Assembly: GCA_944385765.1 (NCBI GenBank)
Contig: CALWYL010000006.1
Span: 18,220-50,219 of the forward strand
DNA length: 32,000 nucleotides
Origin: an uncultured Oscillospiraceae bacterium
GTDB lineage: Bacteria; Bacillota; Clostridia; Oscillospirales; Oscillospiraceae
Reading direction: 5' to 3'
Positions 15,350 through 25,175 of this stretch are shown here, piece by piece; positions within the stretch are counted from its first letter, which is position 1; the number at the start of each line of letters is the position of its first letter. Both the position numbers and the translations under genes were made by a program. The notes under the pieces were generated by a model. That model searched no databases. It was not told where the DNA came from and worked only from the letters and a program-made list of their open reading frames with translations.

Positions 15350-16165
15350 ATGGACGCTTCGCGCATCACAGTGCCCGCGCTCGCCGCCGCGGCCGGCGCC
15401 TACATATGCTATGAGAACTTCACCTTCGGCGTGACCCGCCTGGAGGCGCTCTCGCCGCGCCTGCCCCCGGAGTTTGAGGGCTTCGCCGTGGCCCTCGTCT
15501 CCGATGTCCACGGCGCCCGCTTCGGCCGCCGCCTGGCCGCCGTCCTCGATTCCCTCGCGCCGGACATGGTCGCCGTGGCCGGCGACCTCCTGGACTCCTA
15601 CCACCCGCGACCGCGCGCCGCCCTCGCCCTGGTGCGGGACATGCTCCGCGTCTGCCCGGTGTACTTCGTGCCCGGCAACCACGAGGCCCGGCTGCGCGGC
15701 CTCTACCCCTCCTTCGCCGGCGAGCTGCGCGCCGCCGGCGCCGTGGTGCTGCACGACGAGTGCGCCGAGCTCCGCCGCGGCGGGGCGCGCATACTCGTGC
15801 GCGGCCTGGCCGATCCCTCCTTCACCCCGGGCAGCCCCCCGTTTTCCCCCGCCGCCCTGCCGAAGGCCTCCCCCTCTGGCCCCTACACCCTGCTGATAAG
15901 CCACCGCCCGGAGCGCTTTGGCGAGTACTGCGCCGCCGGCGTGGATCTCGCGCTCTGCGGCCACGCGCACGGCGGCCAGGTGCGCCTGCCGCTGGCCGGC
16001 CCCCTCTTCGCCCCCCACCAGGGGCTGTTCCCCCGTTGGACCAGCGGCCTCTGCTCCGCCGGCGGCACGCAGATGGCCGTCAGCCGCGGCCTGGGCAGCA
16101 GCCGCCTGCGGCTGCGGGTGAACAACCGCCCCGAGCTGCTGCTCATACGCCTGCACCGGGCCTAA
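15350..16165 (+). CDS. metallophosphoesterase (YkuE/calcineurin-like)
   Basis: 271 aa with an N-terminal transmembrane segment and metallophosphoesterase motifs (VSDVHG, GDLLD, GNHE, GHAHGGQ). GGAGGTGG lies upstream. Confidence 0.85.
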   Translation: MDASRITVPALAAAAGAYICYENFTFGVTRLEALSPRLPPEFEGFAVALVSDVHGARFGRRLAAVLDSLAPDMVAVAGDLLDSYHPRPRAALALVRDMLRVCPVYFVPGNHEARLRGLYPSFAGELRAAGAVVLHDECAELRRGGARILVRGLADPSFTPGSPPFSPAALPKASPSGPYTLLISHRPERFGEYCAAGVDLALCGHAHGGQVRLPLAGPLFAPHQGLFPRWTSGLCSAGGTQMAVSRGLGSSRLRLRVNNRPELLLIRLHRA

Positions 16166-16215
16166 AAAACACGCCGGAGAGCCTAAAACGGCCCTCCGGC
16201 GCACTTTTTTCAGTT
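16162..16215. terminator. bidirectional terminator between the convergent phosphoesterase and typA genes
   Basis: The stem GCCGGAG(A)GCC / GGC(C)CTCCGGC spans 16173-16200. AAAAAA lies on its left and TTTTTT..TTTTT on its right, so each strand sees a hairpin followed by a U-tract. Confidence 0.7.
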
Positions 16216-18033
16216 TTTCGCCTTCAGCTGCTTCATCCTCTGCGCGTGGTCCAGTGTGCGCTTGCGCAGTCTCAGGCTCTTGGGCGTGACCTCCAGCAGC
16301 TCGTCGTCCGCCAGGAACTCCAGGCACTGCTCCAGGCTCAGCTGCCTGGGCGGCGTGAGGCGCAGCGCCTCGTCGCTGCCGGCGGCGCGCATGTTGGTCA
16401 GCTGCTTGCGGCGGCAGACGTTCACCGGTATGTCCTCGTTCTTCGGCGACACGCCCACTATCATCCCCGCGTACACCGGCGTGCCCGGGCCGATGAAGAG
16501 CGCCCCGCGCTCCTGCGCGTTGAAGAGGCCGTAGGTCACGGCCTCGCCCGTCTCCCAGGCGATGAGGCTGCCCGTGCCCCTGCGGCTGAGCTCGCCCTTA
16601 TAGGGCTCGTAGCGCTCAAAGACGCTGCTCATGATGCCCTCGCCCTTGGTATCGGTCAAAAACTCGTTGCGATAGCCGAAGAGCCCGCGCTCCGGCACCA
16701 GGAAGGTGGCCTTGGTGCGGCTGCCGACGGGCAGCATCTCCAGGAATTCGCCGCGGCGGGAGCCCAGCTTCTCGATAACGGCGCCGATGAACTCGGCGGG
16801 CACGTCCACCACCACGCGCTCTATGGGCTCGCAGCGCTTGCCGTCTATCTCGCGGAAGAGCACGCGCGGGGGCGAGACGGCGAACTCATAGCCCTCCCGG
16901 CGCATGGTCTCTATCAGTATGGAGAGGTGCATCTCCCCGCGCCCGGCCACCACGAAGCTGTCCGTGGCCCCCTCCAGCTCGGAGACGTGCAGCGAAACGT
17001 CCTTCAGCGTCTCGCGGAAGAGCCTCTCGCGTATCTGGCGGCTGGTGACGAACTTGCCCTCGCGCCCGGCGAAGGGGCTGTCGTTCACGGAGAAGGTCAT
17101 CTCTATGGTGGGGGCGGATATCTTGACGAACTCGATGGGCTCCACGCACGCCGGCGAGCAGATGGTGTCGCCTATGGTGATGTCGCCGATGCCGCTCATA
17201 GCGATTATGTTCCCCGCCGTGGCCTCCTTCACCGGCACGCGCTGCAGCCCCTCGAACTGGTACATGGACACGGCCTTGGCCTTCCGCGGCGCGGAGTCCT
17301 GGCTGTGGTAGTTGCAGACGGCTATCTCGTCGTTGTCGTGTATGCTGCCGCGCTCTATGCGCCCGATAGCTATGCGCCCCACGAACTCGTTGTAGTCTAT
17401 GGACGAGACGAGCATCTGGAAGGGGGCGTCCGGGTCTCCCTCCGGCGCGGGTATATATTTTATAATAGTATCAAAGAGCGGCTTGAGGTCCACGCCGGCC
17501 ACGTCGGGTGAATAGCTGGCGGTGCCGTTGCGCCCGGAGCAGAAGAGCATGGGCGAGTCGAGCTGCTCATCCGTGCAGCCGAGGTCCATCAGCAGCTCCA
17601 GCACCTCGTCCACCACCTCCAGCACGCGCTGGTCGGGCCGGTCTATCTTGTTGAGCACCACTATTACGCGGTGCCCCAGCTCCAGCGCGCGGCTGAGCAC
17701 GAAGCGGGTCTGGGGCATGGGCCCCTCGGCGGCGTCCACCAGCAGTATGACGCCGTTGACCATCTTCAGTATGCGCTCCACCTCGCCGCCGAAGTCGGCG
17801 TGCCCCGGCGTGTCCACTATATTTATCTTGTAGTCGCCATAGCGCACGGCCGTGTTCTTGGCCAGGATGGTTATGCCTCTCTCGCGCTCCAGGTCGCCGG
17901 AGTCCATCACGCAGGTGGCCACCTCCTGGTTGTCGCGGAACACGCCCGACTGCTTGAGCATCTCGTCCACCAGGGTGGTCTTGCCGTGGTCGACGTGCGC
18001 TATTATTGCCACATTCCTCAGCTTGTCCATCAT
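16210..18033 (-). CDS. typA: translational GTPase TypA/BipA
   Basis: 607 aa with the BipA signature N-terminus (LRNVAIIAHVDHGKTTLVDEML), DTPGHADFGGEVER, NKIDR and the BipA C-terminal domain. Confidence 0.97.
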   Translation of the reverse strand: MMDKLRNVAIIAHVDHGKTTLVDEMLKQSGVFRDNQEVATCVMDSGDLERERGITILAKNTAVRYGDYKINIVDTPGHADFGGEVERILKMVNGVILLVDAAEGPMPQTRFVLSRALELGHRVIVVLNKIDRPDQRVLEVVDEVLELLMDLGCTDEQLDSPMLFCSGRNGTASYSPDVAGVDLKPLFDTIIKYIPAPEGDPDAPFQMLVSSIDYNEFVGRIAIGRIERGSIHDNDEIAVCNYHSQDSAPRKAKAVSMYQFEGLQRVPVKEATAGNIIAMSGIGDITIGDTICSPACVEPIEFVKISAPTIEMTFSVNDSPFAGREGKFVTSRQIRERLFRETLKDVSLHVSELEGATDSFVVAGRGEMHLSILIETMRREGYEFAVSPPRVLFREIDGKRCEPIERVVVDVPAEFIGAVIEKLGSRRGEFLEMLPVGSRTKATFLVPERGLFGYRNEFLTDTKGEGIMSSVFERYEPYKGELSRRGTGSLIAWETGEAVTYGLFNAQERGALFIGPGTPVYAGMIVGVSPKNEDIPVNVCRRKQLTNMRAAGSDEALRLTPPRQLSLEQCLEFLADDELLEVTPKSLRLRKRTLDHAQRMKQLKAKN

Positions 18034-18072
18034 ATCACTTCCATTTGCGTCCGAAAATCATCACAAAACTGT

Positions 18073-18101
18073 ATATTAACACTCCTCTGTATATTTTGCA
18101 A
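18073..18101 (-). promoter_or_regulatory. candidate typA promoter
   Basis: The minus strand reads TTGCAA (18101..18096), a 17-nt spacer, then TAATAT (18078..18073). This sits about 40 nt upstream of the typA ATG. Confidence 0.55.
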
Positions 18102-18103
18102 GT

Positions 18104-18138
18104 GCCGCCCGGGCCTTTTTTGCCCGGGCGGCATTTTT
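18104..18138 (+). terminator. orphan terminator-like hairpin in a divergent intergenic region
   Basis: An 11-bp stem GCCGCCCGGGC / GCCCGGGCGGC with loop CTTTTTT is followed by ATTTTTC on the plus strand. No plus-strand gene lies upstream of it, because typA diverges to the left. Confidence 0.4.
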
Positions 18139-18231
18139 CAGCGCGCCATGGGGCCGTCCCCGGCCTCAGCTCCGCCAGTCCCCCGCGCGCCCGGCCGGGA
18201 GAGGCGGGCGGAAACTAGTCCGTCTTTTGCC

Positions 18232-18260
18232 TTTACACCGGCGCGGGCGCGTGATAGAAT
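18232..18260 (+). promoter_or_regulatory. promoter of the MATE-led operon
   Basis: TTTACA (18232-18237), a 17-nt spacer, then an extended -10 TGATAGAAT (18252-18260). The RBS AGAGGG lies 6 nt before the ATG at 18297. Confidence 0.6.
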
Positions 18261-18296
18261 TATTGTTGCGACTTTTTTAGAAAAAGAGGGTAATGG

Positions 18297-19709
18297 ATGG
18301 ACGCGCGGCGAGATATGACCATAGGCTCCGAGTGGAAAGAGATACTGTTCTTCTCCCTGCCCATCATGGCGGGGCAGTTTTTGCAGCAGCTGTACAACAC
18401 GGTGGACAGCATCGTTGTCAGCAGCTACGGCGGCCCCACGCAGCAGATATGCGACGCCATGTTCGCCGCCGTGGGCAGCTGCACCTCGCTGATATTCCTC
18501 TTTCTGGCCATTTCCATCGGCCTGGCCAACGGCGGCGGCGTGCTCATCGCCCAGCTCTACGGCGCGCGGCGGGAGACGGAGCTGCGCCGGGCGGCCTCCA
18601 CGCTGCTCATCACCCAGGGTTCCCTGGGCGCGCTGCTGGCCATCGCCGGCAGCCTGGGCGCGCAGCTGCTGGTCGTGGGCCTGATGCGCGTCACCGACGA
18701 GGCCAGCCGCGCCTACGCCATCGAGTATTTCGCCATCTACGCCGTGGGGCTCATATTCCAGTACATCTACAACGCCGTGGCCGGCATACTGCGCGCCGTG
18801 GGCGACAGCCGGGCGAGCATGTACTTCCTGATAGTCTCCGCCGTGCTCAACACCATACTCGACCTCTGGTTCGTGATAAGCTTCGGCTGGGGCGTGGTGG
18901 GCGTGGCGGTGGCCACCGTGCTGGCCCAGGCAGTGTGCGCCGCCTTCAGCATCTTCTACATGTTCCGCCGCTACCCCATTTTCCGTTTCAGGCGGCGCGA
19001 GTTCGTCTTTGACACCGAAAAGTTCCGGCTCTGCCTGCGCCTGGGCATCCCGGCCATCATCCAGCAGGCCGTGATATCCCTGGGCAACGTGTTCATCCAG
19101 CGCCTGGTCAACAGCTTCGGCCAGGTGACCATGAGCGCCTTCAACGCCGGCAACCGCATGGAGTCCTACGCGCTCATCCCCATCTTCGGCATGAACAACG
19201 CCATGGCCAGCTTCACGGGCCAGAACGTGGGCGCGGAGAAGTACGACCGCGTGCACCGCGGCTGGCGCTCGGCCACGCTGATGAGCGTCTGCGCCAGCCT
19301 GATAATCTCCTCCCTGCTCTACATCCTGGCGCCGGATTTCGCCCTGCTCTTCAGCCTCAGCGGCGAGGCCCTGGACCAGGCGGTGGCCTACCAGCGCTTC
19401 ACCAGCTACTGCATCATCCTCTTCGCCACCTACATGCCCACCTCCGGCCTGCTGCAGGGCGCGGGAGACGTGATATGGACCTCCGTCAGCAGCTTTTCCA
19501 CCCTGGGCATCCGCGTGGTGGCCAGCTACGTGATGGCCTACGCCCTGGATGTGGGCTCCGCGGCCTGCTGGCTGAACATCCCCTTCGGCTGGGGCCTCGG
19601 CGTGCTGATGAGCATGCCGCGCTACTTCTCCAAGGCCTGGATGAAAAAGCGCGTCGTCGGCAGCGTCCTGTCCCCGGGCGAGCAGATGGCAGAGGAGGCG
19701 GCGGAATGA
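18297..19709 (+). CDS. MATE-family efflux transporter
   Basis: 470-aa 12-TM-like profile with a MATE N-terminal signature (EWKEILFFSLPIMAGQFLQQLYNTVDSIVV). Confidence 0.9.
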   Translation: MDARRDMTIGSEWKEILFFSLPIMAGQFLQQLYNTVDSIVVSSYGGPTQQICDAMFAAVGSCTSLIFLFLAISIGLANGGGVLIAQLYGARRETELRRAASTLLITQGSLGALLAIAGSLGAQLLVVGLMRVTDEASRAYAIEYFAIYAVGLIFQYIYNAVAGILRAVGDSRASMYFLIVSAVLNTILDLWFVISFGWGVVGVAVATVLAQAVCAAFSIFYMFRRYPIFRFRRREFVFDTEKFRLCLRLGIPAIIQQAVISLGNVFIQRLVNSFGQVTMSAFNAGNRMESYALIPIFGMNNAMASFTGQNVGAEKYDRVHRGWRSATLMSVCASLIISSLLYILAPDFALLFSLSGEALDQAVAYQRFTSYCIILFATYMPTSGLLQGAGDVIWTSVSSFSTLGIRVVASYVMAYALDVGSAACWLNIPFGWGLGVLMSMPRYFSKAWMKKRVVGSVLSPGEQMAEEAAE

Positions 19710-20284
19710 ACAGCTTCTTCGCCCTCATCTCCCGCATGCGCTACATCTCCCGCTGGGGGCTGATGCGCTCGAGCATACCGGAGAACGTGCAGGAGCACAG
19801 CCACATGGTGGCCGTGATAGCCCACGCTTTGGGCGTGATACGCCGGGACGTGTTCGGCCGGCCCTGCGACCCGGGAGCGCTGGCCGCCGCCGCGCTCTAC
19901 CACGACGCGCCGGAGATAATCACCGGCGATTTGCCCACGCCGGTGAAGTACCACAGCGGCGAGCTCACCTCCGCCTACCGCGAGGTGGAGCGCAGCGCCG
20001 CCCAAAAGCTCGTCTCAATGCTTCCGGTGGAGCTCCGTGGAGCGTATGAGCCCCTGATATCCGGCGATGTGGGGGATGACTGCGAGCGCCTTGTCAAGGC
20101 GGCCGACCGCCTCTCCGCCTATATCAAGTGCATAGAGGAGCGCAAGGCGGGCAACCACGAGTTCCTCTCCGCCGAGCGGCAGACGCGCGAGCGCATAGAG
20201 TCCATGGGCCTGCCGGAGGCGGACTATTTTCTGGAGAACTTCATCCCGGCCTTCGAGCGCGACCTCGACGGCCTGGGAATCTGA
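19706..20284 (+). CDS. HD-domain 5'-deoxynucleotidase (YfbR-like)
   Basis: The ATG at 19706 overlaps the MATE stop (ATGA). It has YfbR-like motifs (RWGLMRSSIPENVQEHSHMVAVIAHAL, LYHDAPEIITGDLPTPVK). It is in frame with track ORF 19475..20284. Confidence 0.85.
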   Translation: MNSFFALISRMRYISRWGLMRSSIPENVQEHSHMVAVIAHALGVIRRDVFGRPCDPGALAAAALYHDAPEIITGDLPTPVKYHSGELTSAYREVERSAAQKLVSMLPVELRGAYEPLISGDVGDDCERLVKAADRLSAYIKCIEERKAGNHEFLSAERQTRERIESMGLPEADYFLENFIPAFERDLDGLGI

Positions 20285-20301
20285 ATCGGGAGGACAAGAG
20301 C

Positions 20302-20571
20302 ATGAAGGCCATCGTCACAGTCATAGGCAAGGACCGCGTGGGCATCATCGCCGACGTCAGCCAGCTCCTGGCCCAGCGCGGCGTGAACGTGCTGGACATC
20401 AGCCAGACGGTGCTGCAGGACTACTTCACCATGGTCATGCTGGTGGACGCCGGCGGCTGCACCATCCCCTTCGCGGAGCTCACGTCCCTGCTGCGCGCGG
20501 AGGGCGAGCGCCTGGGCCTGGAGATAAGGGCCCAGCGCGAGGACATATTCAACGCCATGCACAGGATATGA
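20302..20571 (+). CDS. ACT-domain protein (UPF0237 family)
   Basis: 89 aa starting [49 protein letters not shown], the typical single ACT fold. The ATG at 20302 is in frame with track ORF 20128..20571. Confidence 0.85.
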   Translation: MKAIVTVIGKDRVGIIADVSQLLAQRGVNVLDISQTVLQDYFTMVMLVDAGGCTIPFAELTSLLRAEGERLGLEIRAQREDIFNAMHRI

Positions 20572-20584
20572 GGGGTACAACGGC

Positions 20585-21943
20585 ATGATAAACCGCGGTG
20601 AAATACTTGAAACCATCGAGATGATAGACCAGCAGCACCTGGACGTGCGCACGGTGACCATGGGCATCTCGCTGCTCGACTGCTGCGACGGCAGCGCGGA
20701 GAGGGCCTGCCGCAAGATATACGACAAGATTACCCGCTCAGCCGGGGATTTGGTGCGCACGGTGGAGGAGATAGAGGCCGAGTTCGGCATACCCATAGTC
20801 AACAAGCGCATCTCCGTCACCCCCATAGCCCTGGTGGCCGCCGCCTCCGACGCGGCGGACTATGTCTGCTTCGCCCGCGCTCTCGACGCCGCCAGGGCGG
20901 AGACCGGCGTGGACTTTGTGGGCGGCTTCTCCGCCCTGGTGCAGAAGGGCATGACCCCGGCCGACGAGCGGCTGATACGCTCCATCCCCCGGGCCCTGGC
21001 GGAGACGGAGCTGGTGTGCTCCAGCGTCAACGTGGGCTCCACCAGGGCCGGCATAAACATGGACGCCGTGGAGCTGATGGGCCGCGTGATAAAGGAGACC
21101 GCCTCCCTCACCGCCGACCGCGGCGGCTTCGGCTGCGCCAAGCTGGTGGTGTTCTGCAACGCGGTGGAGGACAACCCCTTCATGGCCGGCGCCTTCCACG
21201 GCGTGAGCGAGCCCGACAGGGTGATAAACGTCGGCGTCTCCGGTCCCGGCGTGGTGCACCACGCCCTGCGCGCCGTGCGCGGCGAGCCCTTCGACGTGGT
21301 GGCGGAGACGATAAAAAAGACCGCCTTCCAGGTGACGCGCATGGGCCAGCTGGTGGCCCAGGAGGCCTCCCGCAGGCTGGGCGTGCCCTTCGGCATAGTT
21401 GACCTCTCCCTGGCCCCCACGCCCGCCGTGGGCGACAGCGTGGCCAGGATATTGGAGGAGATGGGCCTCGCCGTCTGCGGCACCCACGGCACCACGGCCG
21501 CCCTCGCCCTGTTGAACGACGCGGTGAAGAAGGGCGGCGTGATGGCCAGCTCCAGCGTGGGCGGCCTCTCCGGGGCCTTCATCCCCGTGAGCGAGGACGA
21601 GGGCATGATAGCCGCCGCGCGCGGCGGCACGCTCTGCCTGGACAAGCTGGAGGCCATGACCTGCGTCTGCTCCGTGGGCCTCGACATGATAGCCGTCCCC
21701 GGCTCCACCGGCGCCGCCACGCTCTCCGCCATCATCGCGGACGAGGCGGCCATAGGCATGATAAACTCCAAGACCACCGCCGTGCGCCTCATCCCCGCCC
21801 CCGGGCTGGACGTGGGCGACACCGTCGAGTTCGGCGGGCTGCTGGGCAGCGCCCCGGTGATGGCCGTGCACAGCGAGTCTGCCGCGGAGTTCATCTCCCG
21901 CGGCGGGCGCATCCCCGCGCCCATGCACTCGCTGAGGAACTGA
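20585..21943 (+). CDS. UPF0210/DUF711 (PFL-like) family protein
   Basis: 452 aa with the family N-terminus ([27 protein letters not shown]). It is paired with the ACT protein, as is usual for this family. Confidence 0.85.
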   Translation: MINRGEILETIEMIDQQHLDVRTVTMGISLLDCCDGSAERACRKIYDKITRSAGDLVRTVEEIEAEFGIPIVNKRISVTPIALVAAASDAADYVCFARALDAARAETGVDFVGGFSALVQKGMTPADERLIRSIPRALAETELVCSSVNVGSTRAGINMDAVELMGRVIKETASLTADRGGFGCAKLVVFCNAVEDNPFMAGAFHGVSEPDRVINVGVSGPGVVHHALRAVRGEPFDVVAETIKKTAFQVTRMGQLVAQEASRRLGVPFGIVDLSLAPTPAVGDSVARILEEMGLAVCGTHGTTAALALLNDAVKKGGVMASSSVGGLSGAFIPVSEDEGMIAAARGGTLCLDKLEAMTCVCSVGLDMIAVPGSTGAATLSAIIADEAAIGMINSKTTAVRLIPAPGLDVGDTVEFGGLLGSAPVMAVHSESAAEFISRGGRIPAPMHSLRN

Positions 21944-21955
21944 GGTGTGCAGACT

Positions 21956-22156
21956 ATGACCGAGGAGAAAAAAGCCCGCATCTCCGCCCTCACGCGCATC
22001 TCGCGCGAGCGCGAGCTCACCGCGGAGGAGAGCGCCGAGCGCGCCGCCCTGCGCGAGGAGTACCTCGCCGAGTGGCGCCGCTCCGTGCTGGACACGCTGG
22101 AGAACACATACATCGTGGACGAGAAGGGCCACAAGAGGAAGCTGAAGAAAAAATGA
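21956..22156 (+). CDS. DUF896 (UPF0291) small protein
   Basis: MTEEKKARISALTRISRERELTAEESAERAALREEYLAEWRRSV fits the DUF896 helical pattern. I prefer the ATG at 21956, with GAGG about 10 nt upstream, over the track GTG at 21947. Confidence 0.75.
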   Translation: MTEEKKARISALTRISRERELTAEESAERAALREEYLAEWRRSVLDTLENTYIVDEKGHKRKLKKK

Positions 22157-23331
22157 AGGACATCATACTCTTAAAACAGGGCGAGGTGGTGCTCAAGGGG
22201 CTCAACAAGCGCTACTTTGAGCAGAAGCTCCTCGCCAACATCAGGAAGCGGCTCAAGCCGCTGGGCAATTTCCGCGTCTACTGCGTGCAGTCCACCGTCT
22301 ATGTGGAGCCGGAGGACGAGGCGGCGGACATGGACGAGGCCTTCGAGGCCATGAGGCGCGTGTTCGGCATCATCGCCCTCACCCGCGCCGCCGCCTGCGA
22401 GAAGGACGAGGACGCCATATTTGAGAAGGCTCGCGAGTACCTGCGCGAGGACATGCTCGCGGCAAAGAGCTTCAAGGTGGAGACCCGCCGCTCCGACAAG
22501 AGCTTCCACATGACCAGCATCCAGCTGAGCCAGTACGTGGGCGGGCTGCTGGCCGACGCCTACCCGGACACCAGGGTGGACGTGCGCCACCCGGAGCTGG
22601 TGGTGCACCTGGAGGTGCGCGACTACGCCGCCTATGTCCACGCGGCCACCACGCCCGGCGCGGGCGGCATGCCCGTGGGCTCCAACGGCCGGGCCGTGAC
22701 GCTGCTCTCCGGCGGTATAGACTCCCCGGTCTCCAGCTACATGATAGCCCGCCGGGGCGTAAAGCTGGTGCCCGTGCACTTCTTCTCCTTCCCCTACACC
22801 AGCGAGGCCGCCAAGGAGAAGGTCATCGAGCTCGCGCGTCTGCTGGTGCCCAGCTGCGGCCCCATGTGCCTGCACGTGGTCCCCTTCACCCACATACAGG
22901 AGGAGATGCGCGCCAAGTGCCCGGAGGAGTACTTCACCCTGGTAATGCGCCGCTTCATGATGCGCATAGCCGACATCCTGGCGGACGAGAACTCCTGCAA
23001 GGCCATCGTCACCGGCGAGAACCTGGGTCAGGTGGCCAGCCAGACCATGGAGGCCATGGCCGTCACCCGCGCGGTCACCATGAAGCCCATACTGCAGCCC
23101 CTGGTGGGCATGGACAAGGAGGAGATAGTGCGCCACGCGCGCAATATCGGCACCTTTGAGACCTCCATCCTCCCCTATGAGGACTGCTGCACCGTGTTCA
23201 CCCCGCGCCACCCCCGCACCAAGCCCCGCCTGGAGGACGTGGAGCAGGCCGAGTCGGCGCTGGATATAGCTGCTCTCGTCCGCGAGGCCGTGGACGGGGT
23301 CGAAAGGATATGGATAGACATTGAAAGCTGA
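22153..23331 (+). CDS. thiI: tRNA 4-thiouridine(8) synthase ThiI (no rhodanese domain)
   Basis: The ATG at 22153 overlaps the DUF896 stop (ATGA). It has ferredoxin-like and THUMP regions followed by the PP-loop (LLSGGIDSPVSSYM). Length is 392 aa. Confidence 0.92.
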   Translation: MKDIILLKQGEVVLKGLNKRYFEQKLLANIRKRLKPLGNFRVYCVQSTVYVEPEDEAADMDEAFEAMRRVFGIIALTRAAACEKDEDAIFEKAREYLREDMLAAKSFKVETRRSDKSFHMTSIQLSQYVGGLLADAYPDTRVDVRHPELVVHLEVRDYAAYVHAATTPGAGGMPVGSNGRAVTLLSGGIDSPVSSYMIARRGVKLVPVHFFSFPYTSEAAKEKVIELARLLVPSCGPMCLHVVPFTHIQEEMRAKCPEEYFTLVMRRFMMRIADILADENSCKAIVTGENLGQVASQTMEAMAVTRAVTMKPILQPLVGMDKEEIVRHARNIGTFETSILPYEDCCTVFTPRHPRTKPRLEDVEQAESALDIAALVREAVDGVERIWIDIES

Positions 23332-24586
23332 GATAATCTCCGTCGGCACCGAGCTGCTGCTCGGCACCACCATAAACACCGACGCGGCCGACGTCGCCGT
23401 GCTGCTGAGCGAGTACGGCATAAACGTCTACTGGCAGACCGTCGTGGGCGACAACCCCGGCCGCGTGGCCGAGGCCGTGCGCCGCGCCCGGGAGCGGGCG
23501 GACCTCATAATCACCACCGGCGGCCTGGGCCCCACCTGCGACGACCTGACGAAGAGCGCCCTGGCGGACGGCTTCGGCATCCCCCTGGAGCTGAACAGGG
23601 AGGAGGAGGCCTGGCTGCGCGGCGTGTTCCTCGAGCGGCACTACCGCCCGCTGACGCCCAATAACCTGCAGCAGGTCTGGCTGCCCCAGGGCTCCACCGC
23701 CCTGCGCAACGACTGGGGCACGGCCCCGGGCTGCTACTTCGAGCACGAGGGCGTGCGGGTGATAATGCTGCCCGGCCCCCCGGGGGAGCTGCGCCCCATG
23801 CTGGAGCACCGCGTGCGCCCCATTCTGGCCTCCCTCTCCGACAGCGTCATCGCCTCCCACAACATACACTTCTACGGCATAGGCGAGAGCGCCATGGAAT
23901 ACCGCCTGCGCTCCTATATGGAGGAGCTGACCAACCCCACGCTGGCCCCCTACGCCAAGCCGGGCGAGTGCCTCGTGCGGGTGACGGCCAAGGCCCCCAC
24001 CGTCGAGGAGGCCGAGCGCATGATGGCCCCGGTGATAGAGCGCGTCTGCCGCGAGTTCGGCGAGCTGGTCTACGGCATAGACTGCCCCAACCTCGCCACC
24101 TACACCGTGAAGCTGCTCATGGAGCGCGGAGTCACCGTCGCCTGCGCGGAGAGCTGCACCGGCGGGGAACTGCAAAAGTGCATAACCGATATCCCCGGCG
24201 CCAGCGCCGTGCTGCTGGGCGGCACGGTGGTGTACACCAACGCCGCCAAGACCTCCCTGCTCGGCGTGCCCGCCGCGCTGCTGGAGGAGAAGGGCGCCGT
24301 CAGCCGTGAGGTGGCCGAGGAGCTGGCCCGCCGAGTGCGCGAGAAGCTGGACAGCGACCTCGGCGTGGGAGTGACCGGCCTCGCCGGCCCGGACGGGGAC
24401 GGCGAGCACGAGGTGGGCACCGTGTTTATCTCCCTGGCCGACCGCGAGCAAGTCTGGGTGCGCGAGGCGCGCCTCACCGGCCGCGGCCGCGGCCTGGTGC
24501 GCCACCAGGCCTGCCAGGAGGCCTTCGACATGCTGCGCCGCTATGTGTCCGGCCTGTCCGTCTGCGGGGAAGGCGGGGCGGTATGA
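23321..24586 (+). CDS. cinA: competence/damage-inducible protein CinA (MoCF-binding + PncC nicotinamide-nucleotide amidase domains)
   Basis: The TTG start gives the canonical CinA N-terminus (MKAEIISVGTELLLGTTINTDAA). The C-terminal half is PncC-like (AESCTGGEL...). It overlaps the thiI end by 11 nt. Confidence 0.9.
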   Translation: MKAEIISVGTELLLGTTINTDAADVAVLLSEYGINVYWQTVVGDNPGRVAEAVRRARERADLIITTGGLGPTCDDLTKSALADGFGIPLELNREEEAWLRGVFLERHYRPLTPNNLQQVWLPQGSTALRNDWGTAPGCYFEHEGVRVIMLPGPPGELRPMLEHRVRPILASLSDSVIASHNIHFYGIGESAMEYRLRSYMEELTNPTLAPYAKPGECLVRVTAKAPTVEEAERMMAPVIERVCREFGELVYGIDCPNLATYTVKLLMERGVTVACAESCTGGELQKCITDIPGASAVLLGGTVVYTNAAKTSLLGVPAALLEEKGAVSREVAEELARRVREKLDSDLGVGVTGLAGPDGDGEHEVGTVFISLADREQVWVREARLTGRGRGLVRHQACQEAFDMLRRYVSGLSVCGEGGAV

Positions 24587-25164
24587 GGCTCTACCTCGCC
24601 CGCCACGGCGAATCCGAGGGCAACGTGCGGCGGCTGTTCTACGGCATAACCGACCTCGCGCTTACCGCACGCGGGCGCGAGCAGGCCCGTGAACTGGGCT
24701 CCAAGCTCGCGGGAATACCCCTGGCGCGCTGCCTGTCCAGCCCCCTCAGCCGCGCCGCGGAGACGGCCCGCCTGGCCCTGGAGGGGCGGGATGTGCCCAT
24801 AGAGCTCTGCCAGGGCCTGACAGAGCAGGACATGGGCGAATTTGAGAACAAGAGCTACGAGCAGCTGCTGGGGGAGTTCCCCCAGCTGGTGACCGGTATG
24901 CTCGCGGACTGGTCCGCCGTGCCTCCCCCCGGCGGGGAGAGCTTTGAGGACGTGTGCGCGCGCACCCGCGCCGTGCTGGAGGAGCTGCTCGCGCGCGGTG
25001 AGGACACGCTCATCGTCGCGCACAACGGCTCCCTGGCCACGCTGCTCATACAGCTGCTGGACATGAAGCCGCGCGCCGTGACCCATCTCTGGATGCTCCA
25101 CGGCTGCTACACCAGCGTGGTGATACGCGACGGCTTCACCAGATTGGAGTATTTCAACAGATAG
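24583..25164 (+). CDS. histidine phosphatase family protein (CobC/PGM-like)
   Basis: 193 aa with the RHG motif (LYLARHGESEGN), SSPLSRAAETA and a second catalytic His region (IVAHNGSL). Its start overlaps the cinA stop (ATGA). Confidence 0.85.
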   Translation: MRLYLARHGESEGNVRRLFYGITDLALTARGREQARELGSKLAGIPLARCLSSPLSRAAETARLALEGRDVPIELCQGLTEQDMGEFENKSYEQLLGEFPQLVTGMLADWSAVPPPGGESFEDVCARTRAVLEELLARGEDTLIVAHNGSLATLLIQLLDMKPRAVTHLWMLHGCYTSVVIRDGFTRLEYFNR

Positions 25165-25175
25165 GAGAGGATATC

